A DNA stretch of 64,000 nucleotides from the NCBI GenBank assembly GCA_050230475.1, contig JBFLGF010000085.1, positions 1 through 64,000 of the forward strand, given 5' to 3'. Shown here in pieces: positions 37,029 to 50,454 of the stretch. The translations under genes and the position numbers were made by a program. The notes beneath the pieces were generated by a model, which ran no database searches, had not been told where the DNA came from, and saw nothing but the letters and a program-made list of their open reading frames with translations. This stretch comes from Ancylonema sp. Its lineage: Eukaryota. Numbering within the stretch: the stretch's first letter is position 1; each line of letters opens with the position of its first letter.

Positions 37029-38611
37029 TGTCATGCGGCTAGAGATCGTAGAGTGAAAACCCCTATGTTCTGATATCCACACCTCTCTAGCAAACTGCCC
37101 CGTAATAAGCAACCAATTCGATATACCAAGTATAGTGACTACATGATGGAACCGAAATTTTTAGTGTAAAGATAGAATCAATACTTCAAAAAATCCAATA
37201 ACATTTAGTGAAAATAACGCGTGGCGTATTTTCCGAGTGTAATCTAGCAATCAGACCACTTAAACTGCGTATCGATGTTTCACCGCTTAGCGCGAGAATG
37301 TTATTCGAAAATGTTATTTCTGACTTGTCAATATTATCCCGGCGATAGCATCCAGTTGTATAATAATTGACGTTACTATTTGTAGCGTCAAGATTGCTTA
37401 GAACATTCTAGAGTATAACTGGTCGATTAACCATGTCGATTAACTACAGTTAAGTATGCACATTAGCATCGCGCAACATAAAGACTTTCAGGTGTAATAG
37501 ATCTGTCATTTCAAGTGTATTATCTGCATCCGACAACTCCTGGATCACGCCAGTTCTTGCCATCATCTGATACTTGTCCACCGTTGCTCGCTAGACTAGC
37601 GGAGACGAAACCTGTAAGTTTACCAAAGTGTCCTTTGCAACTTGTCATTGCTTCGTGTGTTGTTTCGCTGACGCTATGACTTAGCCAGTCTGTAAACTTG
37701 TTTGTTTGCTATCACATCTTCGTGTTGACGCTCTTACCAATAAGCCAATAGTGTTATTGCACTAATTTGGTGACGCTCTTACTCAAACAACACTACTTTG
37801 TCGATTTGCTAACGCTCACACCGAGCCAACAAGAGAACGACGCGCAACCAATTGTTGACGCTCTAACTCAACCGGCACATCACATCAACAACCGCTTGTC
37901 AACGCATCGTTTGACAACCGAACTTTCTACCCGAGAGTTTACCTTACCGTTGTCGATCTTAGTAATTTTCACCACATGGTTTTGTTTGCCATCGATTAGG
38001 TTCACGACTTTCCCTAATCGATGTTAATTGTCGACTCGTCTTTGGCGTCAAGTAGTGTACAACACATTCACGCCAGAGAAAGTTTGATGGATTTAGAGTA
38101 ACATATAAATACTAACAAAGACACTATTTGTACACAAGCTTAGTGAGAGCAGCCGAACCCTCTCCAATATCATTGTGAATCAACACTGGAAGTCGGAGAA
38201 GCCTACGATCCACCGACTTCCGGATCACTTCCATACAACATCTCAGTCATTGAGTACCAGACAAGACCTATCCACTCTTTGGACTCTACCGTATCCCCTT
38301 GAAGTGCAGCCGACTCCAAACCGCACACCATAAATCCCGGTGATTCCCGGAGCAAGCTTGGGCCTACATACATTTATAGGAAATTATGGGTTTTAGGTGC
38401 TATATGGTGCTATATGGCATTCATGGTGCTAAATGTAAACATCACTACGGTTGCATAAATGTTATAGCTCAACACACCATCCACACTTAAGCATAAAATA
38501 TTTGTATGCGGATGCGTTGTTATCTATACATCTATCTAATGAACTTAATGTCACCTACACTGTTACCTAACGATTTCTGAAAGGCCACGAAGGAATTTTT
38601 CAATTTTACAC

Positions 38612-38749
<138 letters not shown>

Positions 38750-40303
38750 AAAATCAAGTTTAAAATCACAATTTATGAAGATTTACCATACTTTTAGCTC
38801 CCGGTATTTATCGCCTTCTAACGCATGAATTGTAAATAGGAAAACAACCCGAAAAAGTTATGTGTTTAACTTTTGGCATTGGTACACTACATCATTAATC
38901 AAAGGTAGTCCACATTGACATGAGTTTTCAAAATCGTAAACTAGCCAGTGGACTTCAGAAGAGGTCATATATTATTTATTTTTGTTGCGAGGGCGATACA
39001 ATCGGAAAAGTGCTTAAATAAAATATATTTGTTTTTCATCAAACCAAGCATATACATTTTCTACACCTCAACCGAACCCAAAAAAAATCCGGGGACACAA
39101 ACTTTGACATTAAATGCAATGATTTAGCATTGAATTTTTAAAGTAAAAATAACAACAACCAACCTTTTTGGGGTAACAATGGTATTTTACCTCACGTATA
39201 CCGATGGCAGATCGACTTGACCATAAAGATTTTGTATGGGGAAACGCTATGGCAAAAAAATGACTATCTTTATTTTAAGACGATGATCATATAGCATCGT
39301 TGTTTGCATTTGGGTTTCAGACGTACCCATACGTATCCATACATCTGCGAAGGCGTGACACCTCTAAAAATAAGGCTCGAAAATTGGTTGTGTTGCATTA
39401 ACACACATGAGGAAAATTACTAATGTAGTAGTATGTTTAAATATTCGGTAACGCATGTTGTGCTCTCAATTTCGAGGCGCACTTGAAGATATGACAACGA
39501 AAAATAATTAAAAAAAAATCATTTGTTTTTGTAAATAAAATTTATCCTCCTATTATATATCGATTGTACAAAAAAATGACGAAACCATAACTACCCTTTG
39601 CGGGGAAATTATGAGCTGGAAAAAATACATTTTTTTCCCCACAATTTTACACAGGGATTGTTGACGTATACAAGCACAATGGTTATACATACCTACTACC
39701 AAAAATTTGGGGGCTATAATGTTTCATCCAAAATTATAAAAGACATGCCTCAAGAGTTGGTCGAAGTCAATGGAGGCCTCATTGATAACACGAAGCACTA
39801 AAATGTTATCAAGACCGTCCGCTTCGGTGTGCCCTGAAGTAGAGGCGCCTAAGTCAACTGGGAAATCTGCCATTTGTTCTCAAACTCTTTTTTTTTTTCC
39901 CGATGAAAGATTACTAGATGTCTCCAAAACTCTCTTGTCAAGAAACTACCACTACACATGTACTTGTTGTTTTCAATCCCTCGTATGTCCATACAATATT
40001 GGTCTTTCTAAAATAACTCGACATCTACCTTTTTTTTTCATATTTATTTCACCGTGCCAAACAATTTATAAATTGGCCCCTATAAATGCTTTATCAGGGC
40101 CTATAAATGAAATCTTATAGTCTTATACCAAAATATTGTTGCTTATACAACAAAAAAAATACGAGGGCGCATTTTTTCAGCCTATCATAAAACCTCACTA
40201 TAAAAAATATAAAAAATAAAAAACTAATAGTTAGTGGATAATTTTTTAACATATCCCCTTCCTTTCTTTTTTGTATTACAAATATAAATATACATTAATG
40301 TTG

Positions 40304-41003
<700 letters not shown>

Positions 41004-42198
41004 TACAGGCGGTTGCGAGAAATTATGGGAGGAAAGTAATGTACGAAGTATATTTTGTATTGGAATAGTACATAGAGTGGTTTTACTCCGTAAAAGAACC
41101 CGTGATGGTAAATTTCGGAAGTTTTTGTTTTTAGATCAGAGTTTCTTATGCTTATATCCGGCGAGTTTTCTATGGGAAATAATAATGTCGAGAAAAAGTA
41201 TGTGATAAAAAATTTTCATGTCGCGATGTTTTTTTTTTTTTCGAAGTTTCTTATATCGGGGTTTGAGTGTATCTCATTCCTTATTAAGATTTTTAAGCTC
41301 GACTCCTTTTCTACAAAACATTATCAACTTCCTAATATATTAATCCTTTTTTTGACCGTTATGCGAAATGCTGGGGCTCATGCTGGGGCTCATGCCGGGT
41401 GCGGAGAGGTCAGTACAGCACAGAGAACGTTGACTTCTTATAAATCTTCCGAGCAGCTACGATTAGATTGGATTGGATCCGATCGCGCTCCTTCGGATCT
41501 GGTGATCGATAGATGCGACCGGTGCGGATTCGCGCTGTCATCATATCATGTCGGATTCAAGCCAGTCCGCAGGCGCAGAATTGCCCACGTCACTTGGCCA
41601 GTACGGTGAGATCTCTGTACGGCCATCACTTTTCATGCACTTTTATAAGCCAATCATGGTGAGACCGCAGAAAGACCTGGACTCTTGGCAGCTTATTTGA
41701 TGCGGACGAATGACAGACAAGGATGCGGGAAGTACGGATCACACGCCACCGCCTAGGATCTCTCGGTACCTAACTCGCTGGATCGCCAAGCTTCGTCAAA
41801 ATTTTCGGAATCAACATGACATCTGCACTCTGCTATTTTGTTCGGGCCCTGCGGCAGAGGGCTGTGGTACCGCGTTGATCATACATTTGAAAGTATATTT
41901 TTCGATCTTGATGTACACAAAGAGCAGTCATGGTCTGGAGCTTGATAGAAGTCATTTTGAAACTACTGTTACACCTCCTCTCTCCCTAGCATACTTTCAA
42001 ATGTTTGCATCGTATACTCGGTGGAAGTAGATTGAGCTACTCACGCATATCACTTCATCACCATTTTTGCATCTGGCCATGCGTATGGTCGAGTCGCAAT
42101 GAAGGAATTCGACAACGACGTCTATGATAACAACGAACATACCATGAAGTCAGCACCTTCCACTGAATGCTAGAATGCTCCAATGCAACATGGGAAAG

Positions 42199-42199
<1 letters not shown>

Positions 42200-42262
<63 letters not shown>
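42200..42262. repeat. (TA)n microsatellite
   Basis: Pure TA run of about 62 bp. Confidence 0.97.
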
Positions 42263-42264
<2 letters not shown>

Positions 42265-42450
42265 TGAATGCTTGAGATTCATAATTTGAGGCTTCAATAG
42301 TCTCCCGCTCAATAATTTCCCGTTCAGAATGCGCTCTTTGCTTTCCTGATCGTCTGTCCCAAACTCCTCTCGTTTTTTATAAGGAGAAATTGCACATGTA
42401 ATCTATATGAAACCGAGTGTTGTCATTCAATCACCTGACGCCTTTCATCC

Positions 42451-43284
42451 GTGTTACTCTGGGGCAGATCCGTCTTCGCAATTCCCTTTCCCGACGAGAA
42501 ACTACACCGACAATCAGATCCGTCTGTGGTCCCCGCTTCACCTATCGATCCCATTTACACAAATCGATTTCGCTTCCCCTCATCGCACCCCACTCACGGT
42601 GGCCTGAACCACCTCCGACCAGATGTAAACTTCTCAGAGCGACCATACTCTGCATCTATGCAGTTGCACCACTCGGTCGCGAATATGACTCCCAGAACCT
42701 CATCCTATCAAGTACAGGAAGGGATATCCGGACATCTTCCCACCGCAAATGTTTCGCCTCATCCCCATCCCCCCTCCACCTTCCCCAACCGTACCACTCG
42801 TCCTCAAACTAACGCGGTAGTACCAAGTGGCCACGTTGCCGACCTCATGGAGGCTCTCATCAGTGAATATGTGCGGCGGGCGATCCGCGATACTCTGCCA
42901 AGTGGCACTCCTGGTTTGAGCGCAGGGTTGACCTTAGTGGGCCCTTCCCTCCCAGGACTTCGAGAGAGTGCGCTGACGTCGGCGCGCTGCGTGGGAAGTA
43001 GCGATGTCGTTGGCCGAGGTCATGCAGGCAGCTACCAATCTTCCCGTTTCAATTTAGGGAGGGGTCATGTTTTGTTTGACACGTCATTGTCAGATGCACA
43101 TGATGGTAGACTTACACTTACAGGTGGCGAGCGTTCCTTCCCTCCCTCTTCCGTGGAGCTGAATGGCACAAATCAGAATTGGGCGCAAGAGAGGGGGAAT
43201 GGCACAAATCAGAATTGGGCACAAGAGGGGGTGAATGGCACAAATCAGAATTGGCGCAAGAGAGGGAGAATGGTCGGGAAATGA
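42451..43284 (+). CDS. Low-complexity Ser/Pro/Gly-rich ORF of unknown identity, possibly an upstream exon of the WIP gene
   Basis: 277 open codons with an internal ATG at 42658, ending in three 33-bp tandem units encoding NGTNQNW. No domain recognised. Confidence 0.3.
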   Translation: MLLWGRSVFAIPFPDEKLHRQSDPSVVPASPIDPIYTNRFRFPSSHPTHGGLNHLRPDVNFSERPYSASMQLHHSVANMTPRTSSYQVQEGISGHLPTANVSPHPHPPSTFPNRTTRPQTNAVVPSGHVADLMEALISEYVRRAIRDTLPSGTPGLSAGLTLVGPSLPGLRESALTSARCVGSSDVVGRGHAGSYQSSRFNLGRGHVLFDTSLSDAHDGRLTLTGGERSFPPSSVELNGTNQNWAQERGNGTNQNWAQEGVNGTNQNWRKRGRMVGK

Positions 43285-43932
43285 AACATCTCAATAGTAT
43301 GACGAGTATTTCCGAATCACTTGGCATGAGGGAAGATGATCCATGGCATAGCGGGGGGGGGGTGCTTGGTCAAATCACGCGTCCAATGAAGGGGACGTGG
43401 ATGCCGGGAGAATGTCGCAACGACATACAATGAGGGTGAGGATGGGATGGTCGGATGATGGGAGGGCTGGTGTAATTTATCACGATGCTTTGGTGATTGA
43501 TGTAACAAACACATTCTGGTGATGCGCTAGAAGATACAAAAGTGGAGATTAAAATGTTTTTTATACATAGATGTTGCATCCAATATCTACTCATAACCTC
43601 ATGACGTCACTGGACCATGTCCTTCTCGTTTTGTCAATCTCAATACGGTTGTCACCCCCAATCCCCCCCTCCTCCCCCTCCTCCACCTCCAGCATACTCG
43701 TCCGCCTTCTCTACCTTCATCTACTTCCTCCTCGTCCCCCATCGGACTCAGCGGCTCCGTACAAGTCCCAACCTCCGGATTCGATCCTCTTCTTCATCGT
43801 CAGCAGTTAATATCGCCAAGTCATCTCCATGGTTCGTATACCGTATGAGCATGACCTGTTTTCGTTGGTGTTCGGTTGTGAAAACCCAAGCGACCTTGAG
43901 TGGCCTTCAATAAGGCCTGACCAGGATGTCGA

Positions 43933-44405
43933 TGTTAGGAATTGAGTTCGGATAGGCACATTAATAACTTGTTTGCTTTGTCCGGCTAAATTGCCTTAGA
44001 GTCTTTTAGGACACGGAGCCGGGAATGCTATACCCAGGTATTCGTCCGCACACGGCACGTCCACACTTGCACGGACGTGACCAAGCTAGTAGTCGTTGTA
44101 GAATGCTAGGCGGTGTCACCACCCCATTAGCTGGATTTGTGTGGTGACAGTCGAGTCCGGCAGGTTGCCGTGGACATACGTGCGCTAGCACGACGGCGGT
44201 CGATAGTTCCGACCGTCGGTTAGAAAAGTGTTCGGTAATCATTGTACCGTTGTCGCCTCGTCGGGTACATTAGCCCGACGAGAATGCTTTTCTAATTATA
44301 TTTCACAATCATACCAAAACGATGTTGCTTTACCGTACAGTTTATTGTCGTGTATTGTAAAGCAATGAACTTGTGCGCTACCGTGTTAAGTGACAAATCG
44401 TTTTA
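43933..44405 (+). repeat. 5' LTR (TG...TA)
   Basis: 473 bp, near-identical to 49973-50448 (about 12 substitutions and 7 small indels by manual count). Confidence 0.95.
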
Positions 44406-44418
44406 GGTTATGGGCCCA
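44406..44418 (+). other. Primer binding site for a cleaved initiator tRNA-Met half molecule
   Basis: GGTTATGGGCCCA directly after the 5' LTR, the PBS type known from Drosophila copia and other hemivirus-type elements. Confidence 0.8.
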
Positions 44419-44701
44419 CAGATTGTCTAGGATATCTAAGCGGTCGGATCCTATAGATTTCCACGTTTTCACGCGCAGGCAAAGTTGCTCTGGAAATCAA
44501 GGTAAATTGTGCCTAATTGTTAGGGCAGGGCAATTAGATCCGGAATTGCTAGGCTCGTAATTCTTGAATTACGTTCTGCTATTATTTTCTGCATTGTGAG
44601 CTGAGACCTTACCTTCGTGTTGCAAATTCCCGCCAAAGTTTTGCTAGAGCTGCTAGTTGTTGCATATTTGTGTTGGAATTTGTGTATTAACTCTGGTGCA
44701 G

Positions 44702-47700
44702 ATGGCGGATAAGAACAATATTCCACAGTTCACCGGAGCAACATATCAAGGATGGGCCTTTAAGGTCAGGTTCGGCCTGATCGAAAAAGAGCTGCATCGA
44801 TATGTCGTCGACTTCAAGGGGAGGACGAGAATACCTCGCCAGCTGTTATCGAGCCGCTGACACACGCAACAGTCGATACATTGCTTGGTGATGCTGCAGC
44901 TAGAATAGTTGCTGCCAATACACACCAACATAATGTCGATGCTAGAAATGTCCTTGTTGATGCTTGGGATGCGCAGGATTTATAAGCGTAGGCCTACATT
45001 GTTAGGTTCTTAGGTCCGTCAGAGCAGGTCCATTTTTGAGATTGTAACTACGCATTTGAAATGTGGAACAACCTTGCATCCTTTTATGAAGTTCAGGGCG
45101 CTATTGAAGTAGCTAATGCCTTGGCTAAACTGAGTGCTACGGTAATGGGAGAGGCCGAAGACTTACAAGAGTTTGTCAAACGCCTGCAGGTCATCCATTG
45201 AGAGCTTGCGAACCTGGGGAAGCCAGTCAGCGAAGCAGACCACGCGACGAACTTAATAAACTGCCTCAGCTCCCGCTACGACTCCTTGGTGGAGGTCGTT
45301 CAGAGCTAGGCACAGTCTTCCCCGACCCTCTACACAATCCCCCAGATCACCTCGGCTCTGCAGCGCAAAGACACCAAGCTCATCGTCAGCGCGCGGAAGC
45401 GTGGCGAGCCTCCCGGTGGTCCGCAAGCTCACTACGGCGGATGTGGCGGAGCCGGACCTAGCTTCAGGCCCCAACAAGGGCCAGACTTGAGCAACGTGCG
45501 TTGCCACGGTTGCCAACAGTTCGGCCACTATCGCACTAGCTGTCCGAACGGAGAGGGAGGTGGCGAGGCTCGAGGAGCTGGACCTCAGAAGAAATGCCAC
45601 AACTGCAACGCGCCAGGCCACCTCATGCGAGACTGCCGACGACTACTGCGGCACGATAGCTAGCAATCGGGAGGGCAAAGACGACATCAAGGAGGGCAGC
45701 AACAGTTCGGTGGAGGACGTGGCGGAGGCCAGCACTATGGGAAGAATCGGCAGCAAGGAGGACAACAACAGTAGAATGCCCTGTCGTGTACCTACTGCAA
45801 GCGACCCGGGCATGAGCATGAAACCTGCACCGTGATGAGGCAAGATGCTGCTAGCCGAGTAAGATGGGCGAATTTTACAGGGGTGCAGAGCTTAGGAAAA
45901 GCTGCACTCGAATTCAAAGGAGGAGTAGGAGAGGGGCATTTTGGGATGGCCATATTTCCGAGCAGCAGTGAGGTGCTGTCGGCATCGCAGGAGGGGCAAT
46001 ATCTGATCCTGGACACAGGGGCCACGGACCACGTCTTCCCTCGACGCGACCAGTTCCATTCCTACGACTCCAATGTCCCCCTCAGCTGCAGCTTCGTCAG
46101 AACGGCTGACAACAGACCCCATCAGGTCATGGGAATTGGGATCGTCGCAATCCAGGTGACCTGCGGAGACAGGAAATTCTACTTTGGGTTGCGGTCGCTG
46201 CATGTGCCATCGGTGGGCCAGACCCTCGTCTCCGTCAACAAGCTCAACAAGGGTGCTCAAATCGGCTTCAATCTCAGTGAGAGTGGGGTGCCGTCTCTGT
46301 CGTTGGGGGGTGAAAAGTGGGCAGATGTTATGAAAACTAATTCAAGGTTACTCCTGCTTTCTGCGCATGTCGTTCATCTCCCACCTACAGCTTCAAAGCC
46401 ATTGGTGGCACTGACCACGTCTACTGGCATGCTCTGGCACATCAGACTGGGTCATCCGGGTCTTTATGCCATGCCAGATATGTCTAGAAGTGGCGATATA
46501 CCGAGACGAACTGTAGAGGAAGTCGAGCAGGTTAAGAACTGTCAGATCTGTAGCCAAGGCAAGATGACTCAGCTGCCACACCGGTCGAGGTCGGACAGTG
46601 ATGAGGATCTAGGTCATGCACATAAGATGGGAAGAATTCACTTGGATCTGGTAGGGCCTTTGGCTGTAATGTCAGCAAATGGGGGGTACCAGTATTTCCA
46701 GTCAGGGATAGAGGTCAGCACAAGAGTGTCTTTCGTGAGTCTGCTGAAGAAAAAGAGTGAGGCACTGGAAGTTATCAGGGAGTTGGTCCAGATGCTAGAG
46801 GTCGAGTCTGATTTACCGCTTAAGTCGATCAGGACTGACAATAGGAGGGGAGTATGACTCACATGAGTGGAGTAAGTTTGCTAAGAGTAAAGGGTTTAAG
46901 CATGAGTTGACAGGTCCGTACAGTCCTGAACATAATGGGATTTGTGAACGGCTGAATAGAACCTTGCTAGAGAAAATGAGATGCCTGCTGCTGTGGAGTG
47001 GACTGCCTAAGTCTTATTGGGATGTGTTGTGTTGCATGCAAACTGGCTTAGGAATAGGTCACCAACAGTAGCATTGGGGGGTGAGAAACCGAGTGAGGTT
47101 TGGTCAAATAAGAAGGTTAGGTATCAGGACAGCCACACATTCGGGTGCCTGGTCCAGTATTTGAGGTTGGTCATGATAAGGACCCTAAGAGTGCTAAGTT
47201 TGCATCTAGGACAGCCTTTGGGGTGTTTCTGGGGATGGCAGCTGGACAGGCAGGGTACACGATTTTCGATCCCCTGCGAGCTGGTCTCATCGTGAGGACA
47301 GACGTGCGCTTCTACGACTTCGTGCCAGGCTACCCCCGATTGATGGGGCAGAAGGCAGCAGCGCAGCCACTTTCCCCCTCCCTCACCTCAGAAGAGCAGT
47401 TTTTCAAACTCTTCCCGTGTGAGGAAGATGATGACCCAGCAGCAGCAGCCAGAACACCAGGCCATGTCCGAGCAGCCCCTGTAGCCCATGTACCAGCCGT
47501 CCAGCCACACCAGAGTCATCGAGCTCTCGGAGTCAGGGATCAATGATATGGGGGGTGCGGATAAGGAGGAAGAGGTAGGAGGGGGTGATGAAGGAGGGGA
47601 TGCTGAAGCGGGAGTGGAGGATCAGAGTATCGAAGATCGCGTGATGGCCAGGCGTCGGGTAAACTTTGCTGAGTTTGGGGATGTATGCTGATGTGATGGG

Positions 47701-49401
47701 GAAGAGTTAGATGAGGATATCATTGACGCTATTGCATGTGGGTAGAAATCCTGTTGACAACTTTGAGCCTTCCTGCTTTTTCACGGGTTTTAATGGGCCA
47801 GTTGATCCAGGTTATGTTCTTGCTAGCCAGACAGCTAACTCTTCTGACCACTCACCCTTAACCAAGCAAAGAACACCTGACTGGCAGCAGTGGGAGGAGT
47901 CTATTCAGACTGAGCTGCAGTCGCTGAAGGAGTTCAAGACCTTCGAAGTGTGTGTGCTTCCAGCTGGAAAACGGGCCTGTTGGCTGTAAGTATGTCTTCA
48001 AACTCAAACTCTTGCCTTCTGGTCGAGAGGCATAGAGTCAGACTGGTAGCTCAGGGATTTCTGCAGCAAGAGGGTGTCGACTCTAACGAGGTGTTTGCAC
48101 CTGTCGTAGATAGCACTTCCATTTCCTTGCTGCTTGCTATAGCTAACCAGAAATGACTGGGAAATTGAGGGTATGGACGTAGTAACTGCATTCATTTCTA
48201 CATGGCCGGTTAGAGGAAGAGGTTTACATGACGATTCCCCCGGGTATGAAAATCCCAAGTGGTAGTGAGGGAAAGGTGTTAGGAGTGCGAGGTGCCCTAT
48301 ATGGCCTTAACTAGAGTAGCCACGTCTGGGCTAAAATGTTTAGTGAGTTTATGCTGAAAGTGGGGTTCACACAGTCTATTATGGACACTTGTATATATAC
48401 CAGGGGTGAGAGTCAGAGCAGAATTATTTTGGGTATTCATGTAGATGATGAGGTCATTGTAGGTCCTAATAAGAAGGTCATTGCTGAGTTCAAGAAGGAG
48501 TTAGGGTCAGCTTTCAAAATGAAAGACTTACGTCCCCTAACCCACATCCTGGGGGTGGAAGTGAGACGTGACAGGGGGTCCAGGATGCTAACGCTTTGTC
48601 AGGGCGGGTACGTGCGGCAAGTGCTGGATCGGTATGGTATGGGGGACTCTAACCCCACCAAACTTCCCCTTGCCCCTGGAACCCAATTCTCCCTAAGTGA
48701 TGAACCCTCCTTCCCTCCTACCCCTGAAGCTATCACAGACTTTAGAGGGAAGATAGAAAGTTTAATCTATGCTATGAAACAGACCAGGTTAGATATTGCG
48801 TACACTGTAGGGGTGCTAGCAAAACACATGTCCAACCCTGGCCCTAATCATATCAAGGCACTTCACCACCTCTTCCGCTATCTAAAGGGTACTCAGGACC
48901 ACGGTCTTACGTTTGTAGGCAAGAAACGCTTGGAGATTAAGGGGTTTTGTGATGCGAGTTACAACAGTTTGCCCCATGACGGCTAAGTCAGTCACAGGTC
49001 ACCACAGTAGGAGGGACAGCCCTCAGCTGGAAGAGTCAAAAACAGTCCACTTCAGAGTGGCACAGAGTACGGCAGAAGCAGAGTATATTGCAGCATGTAG
49101 TGTCAGTAAAGAGTGCTGCTACCTTAAGTCGCTCCTCCATGAGCTTAAGATGCCAGTCCAGATTATTGTTTATACTGACTCAAACTCAGCCTTGTCCATG
49201 ATCATCAACTCTGTCCAACGCCAGAAGGCCAAACACTTTAACGTGGTCTATCATTGGGTCAGGGAGTGCCACAGAAAAGGTCGACTGAGATATGTACATC
49301 TTAGTGGAGAACTAGAGCCTGCAGATATGTTGACTAAGGCCTTACCTCAACTCTTGCTAGATAGACACACGGAGTTTGTAGGTTTTGGGAAAGTCAAATA
49401 A
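44702..49401 (+). pseudogene. Copia gag-pol, disrupted by stops and frameshifts
   Basis: Gag start MADKNNIPQFTG; three CCHC knuckles; protease LDTGAT; WHIRLGH; integrase HLDLVGP/RTDN/NGICER; RT MDVVTAF/HVDD; RNase H DASY/EAEY/ADMLTK. Confidence 0.93.
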
Positions 49402-49972
49402 ACAGGTGGTGCTGGTGCGGAGCTTTCGGATCCACTGCCTAGTCTGGGAGAAGGTGATTTTTGTGATACAGAGTGGAGGACTACTATCGTTTTTTAAAGC
49501 TGAGTCCTTTCCAACTCTCAAACCTTGAAATGTTTTAAGTCCAGAAAAATGTAAGAAAGTTAAAATTTGAAAACTGAACTTTTGCATCTGAACTCTGTTA
49601 AAGCTGAATTTCATCATATATGTTGCTATTGTCTTTGTGAGTGTTATGTCAAAATCTGAGATTGATTTGTTATGTTTTCAATAAGTTATGCAAGTTTAAA
49701 TTTTCTGACTCTAAACTGAAAAGTAATTTTTTTTTTTGTTTTTTTGTTTGTCGACTTACTTGTTGTTTTTGTTTGTATGTTCAGGGCTTCGGCCCGAAAA
49801 ACGACAAGGATCGGGAGCGCTTCAAGTTCAAGCGTGTTGATTTGAGTTGACATAGATAGGAGCCCCTAGTGTTTTGTAATTGACTAGGGAAGACCAACTA
49901 CCCGGCTACATTGTAGGGTAGTCCTCTTTTGCACTAGACAATGCCAAACAAGGCTGTGCCTCCGAGGGGGTG

Positions 49973-50448
49973 TGTTAGGAAGTGAGTTCGGATAGGCACG
50001 TTAATAACTTGTTTGCTATGTCCGGCTAAATTGCCTTAGAGTCTTTTAGGACACGGAGCCGGGAATGCTGCTATACCCGGGTATCCGTCCGCACACGGCA
50101 CGTCCACACTTGCACGGACGTGACCAAGAAGCTCGTAGTCGTTGTAGGATGCTAGGCGGTGTCACCACCCCATTAGCTGGATTTGTGTGGTGAACAGTCG
50201 AGTCCGGCAGGTTGCCGTGGACATACGTGCGCTAGCACGACGGCGGTCGATAGTTCCGACCGTCGGTTAGAAAAGTGTTCGGTAATCATTGTACCGTTGT
50301 CGCCTCGTCGGGTACATTAGCCCGACAGAATGCTTTTCTAAATACATTTCACAATCATACCAAACGCTATTGCTTTACCGTAAGTTTATTGTCGTGTATT
50401 GAAAGCAGTGAACTTGTGCGCTACCGTGTTAAGTGACAAATCGTTTTA
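49973..50448 (+). repeat. 3' LTR (TG...TA)
   Basis: 476 bp, preceded by the PPT and followed by TSD GGCGA. Confidence 0.95.
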
Positions 50449-50454
50449 GGCGAC

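Larger units (their letters stand above)
43933..50448 (+). mobile_element. Full-length decayed Ty1/Copia LTR retrotransposon (half-tRNA primed, hemivirus/Osser-like)
   Basis: LTRs 43933-44405 and 49973-50448; 5-bp TSD GTCGA/GGCGA (4/5); PBS GGTTATGGGCCCA; PPT GAGGGGG. Domain order gag-PR-IN-RT-RH. Confidence 0.96.
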
